Shown here in pieces: positions 53,980-64,000 of a stretch of DNA of 64,000 nt (its first letter is position 1; each line of letters begins with the position of its first letter). This stretch comes from Octopus vulgaris (Eukaryota). Under the pieces are notes generated by a model. That model saw only the letters and a list, made by a program, of their open reading frames with translations. It did not search any database and was not told the DNA's origin. The stretch spans positions 56,172,001-56,236,000 of the forward strand of contig OX597827.1 of NCBI GenBank assembly GCA_951406725.2, written 5' to 3'. The translations under genes and the position numbers were made by a program.

Positions 53980-54616
53980 GTGTGTGTGTGTGTATGTGTG
54001 TATGTATATATCTATATACACAACAGGTTTCTTCCAAGGCTTTGGTTAGCCCAAGGCTATAGTAGAAGACATTTGCCATAGGTGGGACTGAACCTGAAAC
54101 CATGCAGTTAAGAAGCAAGCTTTTTACCACACAGTCACACCTGCAATAAGTTTTCCAGATTTTTTTAAACCTAAATACTAAGTCCATGCATTATTCATAA
54201 GAACTCAGTGTTACCCATGTTTGTCTAATCAGTTACATCACCATATACAGAAAGCATGGCTGGAAGTAAGCTAATTGTCCAAGCTAAGAGATGAATAACA
54301 AAGAGCTGAAATCATTATAAAAATGTAGTACTTTCCTATGATAGTGACAATATATTAAATATTCAATACAACTGGCAAGTTATTCTGAGTAATTACTGCC
54401 ATCAACCCTCAGTTTGGAAGATGAAATGTAATACTTTCATACTGGAAATGCTGCTACTTTAATTATTTAATACAAACATTGAATGAATAAATAGCTAATA
54501 GGAACAATACATAAATACTTCCATAATCAAAACAGGAATATAAACTAAAAACTAAATACTTTCCTTGAAATACTGTCATTATCATGATGAACTATCACTA
54601 TCTCTGTTACTACAGT

Positions 54617-54943
54617 TACGGAGATGTACTTGCATAGCAAGTGATTTGATCTGAGATCGTGTGCTGAAACGAAAACAATTGCAGCGTGGAAGGTGTTTGT
54701 AAGCCATTTAAGAAACACACAAAAGCCGTTCGATTCACTTCAATATTTAAGTTTAATTTGTCAAAATATTTTCGTCGCTTTAAGACCGCGACCTGTTCAC
54801 TGACAAAAATCTGTGCTGAGATGAACAGGTTGCGGTCTTAAAGCGACAAAAATATTTTGACAAATTAAACTTAAATGTTGAAGTGAATCGAACGGCTTTT
54901 GTGTGTTTCTTAAATGGCTTACAAACACCTTCCACGCTGCAAT
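54617..54943. mobile_element. short fold-back (PLE-like) insertion with target-site duplication
   Basis: ~125-bp inverted arms; tgttactacagt duplicated at 54605-54616 and 54944-54955. Confidence 0.85.
54757..54807 (-). ncRNA. minimal hammerhead ribozyme with G3:C8 variant core
   Basis: UUUGUCA-GUGAACA-G-GUCGC-ggucuuaaa-GCGAC-GAA-AAUAUU-U-UGACAAA. Confidence 0.65.
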
Positions 54944-55490
54944 TGTTACTACAGTGTTTCCCTGAAAATAAGACCTGGCCTTATACTCTTTTACTTGTTT
55001 CAGTCATTTGACTGTGGCCATGCTGGAGCACCACCTTTAGCTGAGCAAATCGACCCCAGGACTTATTCTTTGTAAGCCTAGTGCTTATTCTATCAGTATC
55101 TTTTGCCGAACCGCTAAGTTACGGGGACATGAGACATTTTTTTCTAGGATTTCATTACTCACAATTAGTGGTGTGCATTGTACACAACTGTATAAGGTAC
55201 AAAAATCGCTTTTGAATTTGCTTTTAATTTCAAAGAAACATTAATTTATTCAAGGTATTTTACACAACAATTATAATAAATCTGACAAAACACTTCATTT
55301 TCCTGGATTTCATAACCCATAATTAGTGGTGTGTATAATACACGAGTGTATATTATATTATGAATGAGTTAAAATTTCTTCTGTAGGATTTTACAAAATT
55401 TTTAAAGTTTAATTTTTATGCAATTCCATAACTACTATTATGAGGTAAAATTAATACCAGAAACCAAAATTACTCATCAATCAAAATATA

Positions 55491-55627
55491 AGGTTGTCCC
55501 AAAAGTTCGTAGAAAGTCTTGGAAAATAATGGTCTTTATTTTGAGGAATAATTTTTGTTGTTTTTGTTAGTACTTGGCGAGTAAAAATTCAATTTTCGCA
55601 AGTGTTTACGAACTTTTGGGACAACCT
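55491..55627. mobile_element. ~137-bp mariner-type MITE
   Basis: TIRs aggttgtcccaaaagttcgt / acgaacttttgggacaacct, related to the TIR of the 1206 element. Confidence 0.85.
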
Positions 55628-55713
55628 AATATATGCATGCTTTATTTTCTTAACTAAGATTGTGGTTAGGATAGTCAAGGAAAAATCAATAAATAAAATT
55701 CTTTAAAATATAC

Positions 55714-55895
55714 CTCTGACTCAGCATCAAATTTGTAAATTATCTGTGCAAGTTCTTGAGACTTCTTGAATGTAGTATAGATATGTTCATTTATAGCTAC
55801 CAGCCCTCTACCAGGATATGTGAGTAGAAGCACATTCATAAAAAGCTTATCGTTGTCGAATATACTCATTGAACTTTGATACTTATCCTGAAATT
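55714..55895 (-). CDS. CFAP43: CFAP43 exon (FQDKYQSSMSIFDNDKLFMNVLLLTYPGRG...YKFDAESE)
   Basis: catttcAG / GTATAT; phase 1 to 0, compatible with both neighbouring exons; unique sequence. Confidence 0.7.
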
Positions 55896-56134
55896 CTGAA
55901 ATGTTGATGAAAAAGTAGTTATTATTTTTTTAATTTTTTACTTGTGTCAGTCATTAAGACTGCTTTGAAGAATTTTATCGACCCCAATGCTTATTAATTT
56001 TTTTTTTTTTTAAAGCTTGATACTTATTTTATCGGTCTCTTTTGCCAAATGGCTAAGTTACGAGGATGTAAACACACCAACATTGTTTATCAACCAGTGG
56101 TGGGGGAACAAACACATACACAAAGACACATATG

Positions 56135-56177
<43 letters not shown>

Positions 56178-56264
56178 CTCTATGTATGTATGTATGTATG
56201 TATGTGTGTATGTATATATACATATATATATATATATACATATAGCTATCTATCTATCTATCTA

Positions 56265-56374
<110 letters not shown>

Positions 56375-57450
56375 ATGGGCTTCTTTCAGTTTTCATCAGT
56401 CAAATTCACTCACAAGGCTTTGGTTGGCCAGAGGCTGTAGTAGGAGACACTTGCCCAAGGTGTCACGCATGGAACCATGTGGTTAGGAAGCAAACAGCCA
56501 CACCTGCACCTACTTATAGAAATAGGATCAATGAGACTATTCAGTTAGAAAATAAAAAATCCTACAGATTTACATTTTGCCCACCACTCTACATATTATC
56601 TACTAGCAAGGATTCAGTACTTCTTTGTCCAACTGTAATATACTACCAAGTATCTTAAAGGTTTATACAAGTCAATATTGGGCTTTACTTTTGTGTTAGA
56701 AGTGCGATGTTTTCATTTCTAAGTTTATCTCTTTACTCTTTTACTTGTTTCAGTCATTTGACTGCGGCCATGCCGCCTTTAGTCGAGCAAATCGACCCTG
56801 GGACTTATTCTTTGTAAGCCCAGTACTTATTCTATCTGTCTCTTTTGCCGAACCGCTAAGTGACGGGGACGTAAACACACCAGCATCGGTTGTCAAGCAA
56901 TGCTAGAGGGACAAACACAGACACACAAACATATACACACACATACATATATATACATATATACGACAGGCTTCTTTCAGTTTCCATCTACCAAATCCAC
57001 TCACAAGGCTTTGGTCGGCCCGAGGCTATAGCAGAAGACACTTGCCCAAGATGCCACGCAGTGGGACTGAACCCGGAACCATGTGGTTGGTTAGCAAGCT
57101 ACTTACCACACAGCCACTCCTGTGCCTATCTCTACAGATTTTCTATAGAATTTAGAGCAAATGCTGAAAATTACAACATAAATGTAATTTTCAGTACTAC
57201 ACTAAATCCTCTTTTACTCTTCTACTTGTTTCAGTCAGTTGGCTGTGGCCATGCTGGAGCACTGCTTTTAGTCGAGCAAATCGACCCCAGGACTTATTCT
57301 TTGGAAGCCTAATACTTACTCCATTGGTTTCTTTTGCCGAACCGCTAAGTTACGGAGACGTAAACACACCAGCATCGGTTGTCAAGCAATGCTGGTGGGG
57401 GACAAACACAGACACACAAACATATACACACACATACATATATATATATA

Positions 57451-57539
<89 letters not shown>

Positions 57540-59619
57540 ATGTATATATGTATATATATATACATTTATACAACGGGCTTCTTTCAGTTTCCGTCTACCA
57601 AATCCACTCACAAGGCTTTAGTCAGCCCAAGGCTATAGTAGAAGACACTTGCCCAAGGTGCCACATGGTGGGACTGAACCCGGAACCATGTGGTTGGTAA
57701 GAAAGCTACTTACCACACAGCCACTCCTGTGCCTATCACACAGAAAATCTATAGATAAACTTAGAAAGCTCTATATATATGCATCTTAAGCACATAGATT
57801 ATGTGAATACTACTTGATGCTACCACATTGATAAGCAAGCCAGAGTATTGAACAACTTCCATAGTCAGTAAACTGACACGCTATAATATAAATATTTCTG
57901 CATTCAATTTGAGCAGGTTTCTTTGAGAGAGTTCTCAAATGGGCTAGATGTCTGCTACACAAGAGTGCTATGAATGACCCTAAATGTGAAATGGTAGCAA
58001 CCTGTGACAAACGAATGCCTTTATGGAGACCTGCTGAAAGTTAGCGAGAAGATCAGGCAAAGATGGCTGCGACTATCTGGTCACTGCATGCACCACCCTG
58101 AAATGGGGTCATCCAAATTAGTTTTGGGGAACCTACTTCATGGTGAAGAAGAGGAAAATGTTGTCACACATCAATGTGATCGTAGCCAATGGCCTGGAGT
58201 GTATCCAGGACATCAAGGCATTGGTGTTGGACCAAGAAGTGTGGTGGGTAGACTTTGTTGCTGCAACCTGGGTTGGGACTCAGTCATACAAAAAACAAAA
58301 ATGAGATTAATGAAGGTTATTCATTCTTCTGGATGAATACCCTGTGGATGGACATCACCAAGCTTTCCTGTGAGGAATATTCTGTTGCTTAAAGTAACTG
58401 AGACACTCTCTGATATTAGTGAACAGCTAATGTCCCCTTAGAGAGAACCACTTTGTTATGAAACCAAGTGCCTATACAACATCACTATTTTGGGATTATT
58501 GGGGCAAAGAACTCTTATAACACTGACTAAATTACTTAAACAAGACAAAGACATTTTAATGAGGGGTTTTAAAGCAAGACTAGGGAACAGTGCTGGATTT
58601 AGAGCAAGTAGGGTCCATGGACAGTTAGGTTTTTGGGAACCCCTTATGATTTTGCTAATTCAAAGCATAATAAAGAAAACCTCATTAAATTTACAGGCCC
58701 TAAACAGTTTGAAGAGGGCTCAAAAAATTAAAAGAGAATTGGTAGATTCAGAGGGACTCAGATTTAATGGCTTTTAAAATCTAAATGGACCCAATAAATC
58801 AAAACAGAGCTCAATAATTTTAAAAGAACTCTATTGGATTTTAAAAAATTAAACAAGGCGTAGGAGTGGCTGTGTGGTAAGTAGCTTACTTACGAACCAC
58901 ATGGTTCCAGGTTCAGTCCTACTGTGTGGCACCTTGGGCAAGTGTCTTCTATTATAGCCTCACGCTGACCAAAGCCTTGTGAGTGGATTTGGTAGACAGA
59001 AACTGAAAGAAGCCCATCGTATATATATATATATATATATATATGTGTATGTACATGTCTGTGTGTCTATGTTTGTCACCCCAACATCGCTTGACAACCG
59101 TAACTTAGCGGTTCAGCAAAAGAGACCAATAGAATAAGTACTAGGCTTACAAAGAATAAGTCCTGGGGTCAATTACATCGACCCCAGTGCATAACTGGTA
59201 CTTAATTTATTGACCCCGACAGGATGAAAGGCAAAGTTGACCTTAGCAGAATTTGAACTCAGAACGTAGTGGCAAACGAAATACTGCCAAGCATTTCGCC
59301 TGGTGTGCTAACGATTCTGCCAGCTCGCTGCCTTTTCTGCCAGCTCACCGCCTTCATGCCATGCATGTTTTCTATGAAGTGATGAAGGCACTTCTAATGC
59401 ACTAGGAAATTGTTCTATGATATCAACCATCAGATATTACTGAAATATATGAGTCAATAATGGAGGAACCCTAGGAAAAGATTTCCACTAGATCCTAAAT
59501 CAGTAAATCCAGCAGTCCTGAAGGAAATGTGTGAAATGTTCATCATCCAGCCTCTTGCTACACCATAGAGTTTGCTTGCAGTTAGTGCTACCATCAAAAC
59601 ATTACAAAATAGAAAATCA

Positions 59620-60265
59620 CCTCCTTGAAGGAGGATGTTTATCAGCATAAGATCTCTTGATCATTACATCACAGAGGTGTGGAACCAGGAGTATTTACTT
59701 CGATACTGGAAGGCTGCTCATATCATTACTACCTGTTAAAACTAGGAAGATAAATCTGTTTCTTCAGTCAGTAAGGATATAGCAAACATGCCCATTGTTG
59801 AGAAGGTCATAACTAAAACCTTGCTCAAGAGACTAATTCAATCAATATTGGGAAACGTTTTGGAAAACATCAGACCAGAGTTGCAGTGTAGATTCCACAA
59901 AGCACAAGGCCCACTCAACATAATCTTTGTTACAAAGCAGCTTAAGATAAATGCAGGAAGTAACCAGCTTCTATTTGTCAAAGTCTTTTCACACCATAAA
60001 TAGAGAACTTCTACAAGAAATTCTCAGAAAGTTTGGTTCCTCACCCAAATTTGAAAATCTCTAAACAACTTTCACACAGTGGTTATGGCTTGAATTATTG
60101 TTGGAAGGCAGAAATCTAAGCTGTTCAGTATGAAAATTACATAAATTCTGTACTGTTTAATATCTTCTCTTTCTGTGTGACCACACTAATATGCAGAAAT
60201 ATGGAAAAGGAGATAGGGGTTATTACAAACTTCTAGCTTGACAGGAACATCTTCAAAATCAGAAA
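59620..60265 (+). mobile_element. old RTE/BovB-like RT fragment
   Basis: Degenerate W..A.I, PELQC.F.K...IF..KQL and LRKFG segments. Confidence 0.55.
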
Positions 60266-61036
60266 TAGCTTGTACCAGTCTAAAATTATTTATTTTAGAA
60301 GAGTTAGAATTTTTTAAACATAAAATCAAGTTCCAAAGGGATTTTAAAAAAAAATACTATTAGCTTCATTCTCAAGGAGCTACTAGTCAATAAAAATAAC
60401 AACTGAAAAAAAAACTGCATTACTTATTCTGTGAGGGATCAACCAATGACTTAGAAATGAAATTAAGCCATTGAGAGAACTGCTATGAGATTGCTTGACC
60501 ACAGAAGAAGGAAAACAAATAAAAATCATCAAAATGAATTAAAAAATTTTTTTTTTTTAAATAAAAATAGTGAAGATTAAGAGCTTCTAACAATGCAAAG
60601 AGGAAAAAGTTTAATAAACTTTATATATTTCAGACACAAAAGTCAATCATTGGAAGTAAACAGACAAGAAATGTTGAAGAATTATGAACATGGTCAGTAT
60701 CAGATAAAGACTAACATTTTTTGACTGTTTACTCCTGATGATGGTGTTTTGTGCCTGAAATATATGAAGTTCATTAACTTTTAAGCATTCAGATTACTCT
60801 GTCAAATGTAATGCTTATTTACACTTTTACACTTTTACTTGTTTCAGTCATGTGACTGTGGCCATGTTGGAGCACCGCCTTTAGCTGAGCAAATCGACCC
60901 CAGGACTTATTCTTTGTAAGCTTAGTATTTATTCTGTCGGTATCTTTTGCCGAACCGCTAAGTTATGGGTATGTAAACACACCAACATTGGTTGTCAAGC
61001 GATGTTGAGGGGAGAAACACAGACACACATACAAAC

Positions 61037-61085
<49 letters not shown>

Positions 61086-61611
61086 TACAACAGTCTTCTT
61101 TCTATTTCAGTCTACCAAATCCACTCACAAGGCTTTGGTCGGCCTGGGGCTATAGTAGAAGACACTTGCCCAAGGTGCCATGCAGTGGGACTGAACCCAG
61201 AACCATGTGGTTCATAAACAAGCTACTTACCACACAGCCATTCCTACGCCTAAATGGTTTATGTCCACAGAGGGACTCGAACCCACAACCTTCATATTAC
61301 TTCTAAGGTTGACCATGGCTTATCTTCTGACTTCAAGATTTCAATATGATTGTCTATTTTTAGAATGACAATGTAGGGTAGGTGCAAGAGGCTGAACCTG
61401 GCCAGTTTGCACAAAGCACAGAATATTTGGCCAGATATGACTGGTTTGAATTTTAAAAGGCTAAACTTTTCATTTTTGCACTCTAAGAAGCTCTCTGTCC
61501 TCACTATAGTGTTTTTTTACATCTTTATCACAATGTTTCAAACAAGCTTTAACACTCTTCATAAAAAGGAAAAAAATTACTGATGCGCAGTAATGAGACA
61601 CCTAAACTTAC

Positions 61612-61755
61612 TATCTTTGAAGTTTGGTTCCAAATAGAAAAATATAAGTTTATTGAATTCTGTTTCTTGTTCCACATAGTCAGATGCAGCAGAGACATAA
61701 ACCTTGACACCAGCAGCACTCTCTGTGACAATAGACAGTAACAAGTTGGGCATTT
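61612..61755 (-). CDS. CFAP43: CFAP43 exon (MPNLLLSIVTESAAGVKVYV...LIFFYLEPNFKD)
   Basis: Long T tract then ctttatAG / GTAAGT; 144 nt, phase 1-1, joins the 55895 exon in frame. Confidence 0.65.
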
Positions 61756-61835
61756 CTATAAAGCCAAAAACAAAAACAAAAAAAAAAGTTATCAATGAAA
61801 CCAGAGTTCAGAATGTATAATTAACTAATTAACTA

Positions 61836-62841
61836 CAGTAAATCCTCGAGTATAATCCGCATTTTTTCCCTAAAATTTAAAGGTCAAAATCCCTAGTGCG
61901 TACTATATACGAGGTTAAAAATGAAAAATGTTTTCTAAGCAATGTCCGAGTCTCTATTTACTGTCCGGCAATGTTTATTCAGACGCATTTTGTGATGTTG
62001 GGCGCGAAAATACCTTAAGCTAAGCCTGAAAGCAATGAAATCATAAAAGAATCATCCATAACTTGCAGTAAGCAACATTTATTAAACGTTATTACTCTTA
62101 TTACTGTTATTTCTTTATTTTCTGCAAACAAAATGCACAAAAAAAGTTACACGTTTGCATTATGTTATATATACATAGAGGAGCTCCCAATCAATCAAAT
62201 CAATCAAATCAAATCAAATCAAACCAAATCAAATTAGATGAACATCAATGGAATTTGTACCACAATGGTACCAGTGCCGGTAGCACATAAGAAAACCATC
62301 CGAACGTGACCGTAGCCAGTACCGCATCGACTGGCCTCCGTGCTGAGGGCACGTAACAAACACCATCCGAGCGTGGCTGTTCGCCAGCCTCGTCTGGCAC
62401 CTGTGTCGGTGGCACATAAAAACACCATCCGAGCGTGGCCGTCTGCCAGCCTCGCCTGGCACCTGTGTCGGTGGCACATAAAATCACCCACTACACTCTC
62501 GGAGTGGTTGGCGTTAGGAAGGGCATCCAGCTGTAGAAACACTGCCAGATCTGACTGGCCTGGTGCAGCCTTCGAGCTTGCCAGACCCCAGTTGAACCGT
62601 CCAACCCATGCTAGCATGGAAAGCGGACGTTAAGCGATGATGATGATGATGATGATACAATAATAATAGGGGATGTTACCGTATACATTTTTACAAACCA
62701 AGGACATTATAATGACCTCCTTGACTCAAGTTAGAGAAGGGGTGCATATTATACACAAGGTTTAGGTTTTCCAGAGGTACACCACCCAAAAAATCCTCTG
62801 CGTATTATACTTAAGGGCGGACTATACTCGAGGATTTACGG
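61836..62841. mobile_element. pogo/Tigger-like non-autonomous DNA transposon with a nested RTE 3' end (~62185-62656)
   Basis: TIRs cagtaaatcctcgagtata / tatactcgaggatttacgg flanked by TA; nested copy has UTR units and a (GAT)n tail. Confidence 0.85.
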
Positions 62842-62958
62842 TAAACGAAAAGTTGCAGTTTATTCAGGAGATTACTGATGTGGACTCATATTGGCATAAT
62901 CATTTTGATATGTTTGCATTTTCTCAATACAATAGAATTGAGAATCTTTTGTGATTAC

Positions 62959-63009
62959 CTGTGGCAATACCACAAGCCTGTTGTCTTACTACAATAGATT
63001 CCATTGAAC
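62959..63009 (-). CDS. possible upstream CFAP43 exon (SMESIVVRQQACGIAT)
   Basis: Good donor CAG/GTAATC and matching phase 1, but the acceptor lacks a pyrimidine tract. Confidence 0.25.
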
Positions 63010-64000
63010 CTTGTGGTGTGTGACCAATTAAAGCACTTAATGTTGAATTGATGTTTTTCTCTTTCTTTCTTTCTTTCTTTCTTCCCCTTTTTCCTCTTTT
63101 TTTCTTTTTTTTTTGCTTATGTTTGTGTTTTCTTTGGTTTGGAATTTTTATTTTAATGTGGTTTTGTATTAAAAATGCATGTGCCTTTGGTGATTTGTGA
63201 TGATATCTGATTAATGACATACATGCATCTGAACCGCAGATGGTTTATGAAAGTTGTTTTAGCTGGGGAACTGTCAACATAACTCTTTAAAAATAACAGG
63301 CCTGTGAATGTGGGTTAACACTGTTTTTTAGCAGAGTCACAGGAGTACAAAGTTTACAGAAGATAAGCTCAAACAAGTTGAAGCTAATGAACACAATCTT
63401 AACCAATCGGCATGCAGCTTAGGTGTCATGCTTTGATGAGCATGGTAAAACAGTAGACATTGACAGCTCTTATTTTAGAAACATTTTAACCAATCAGAAA
63501 GAGTGAGAGAGGATTTGGCTACAACCAGATTTTGAGAAATATCTGATACTATAAGCCAATGTCCTCATCTTAAATATCCTTAAATGAAATTTAGTGCAAA
63601 TTTGGATTTATAATACTGTCAGTATTACTACAGTTTTTAAGTAACATCAAACTTAAATCAATATTGATACTATTCATCTTCATATTATTGTCCATTCAGA
63701 ATGGGTTTAAGCTTCTCAATAAAATTCTTTTCTCTTACTCATCTTCTAATTTACTTAAAGTCTGTAAAGAGGGATATCAAAAAACTCTCCTTATTGCATG
63801 TTTCTAAATGATCACCTAATACGATCTGAAAGGCATTAAGGTCTCTGATTTGTTGCTGGTAGACTTGAGTTCATTCCAATAATGAGTTTCCTGTCTGGCC
63901 AATATATCACCGTGACCAACCAGGCAATCAGATGTTGCTACACATTGCTGGTCACAATGTGCTTCGCATTGTTTTAGCCTTCAAATGGCGCCACCCTGCT

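Noticed and set aside
57810-58336. ORFs that could be extra host exons
   Set aside because: The plus strand resembles a decayed RTE C-terminus (LYG..KVSEKIRQR.LRLSGHC), and the neighbouring exons already join in phase without it.

Overview
AT-rich, repeat-dense animal genomic DNA. The SINE, RTE and microsatellite landscape is the kind I associate with Octopus/coleoid cephalopods (inference). The whole window lies inside one minus-strand multi-exon gene that I recognise as CFAP43 (WDR96; WD40 plus coiled-coil ciliary protein). I traced 19 phase-consistent GT-AG exons from 61755 down to 624, plus several candidate micro-exons; neither start nor stop codon is in the window. The introns are packed with mobile DNA: one young 5'-truncated RTE LINE with an open ~940-codon EN-RT frame that carries a PHD finger, many RTE 3' ends, two or more tRNA-derived SINE families, mariner/Tc1/pogo remnants and MITEs, and Penelope-like (PLE) remnants. 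The most interesting signal is a set of short, mostly fold-back or partially tandem non-coding elements carrying minimal hammerhead-ribozyme motifs. One has a compensatory G3:C8 core swap (54757-54807), one lies in a 546-bp tandem monomer (48132-48209), and one is joined to a tRNA-like head (3498-4103). All calls were made by eye; no search or folding program was run, and repeat boundaries are approximate.
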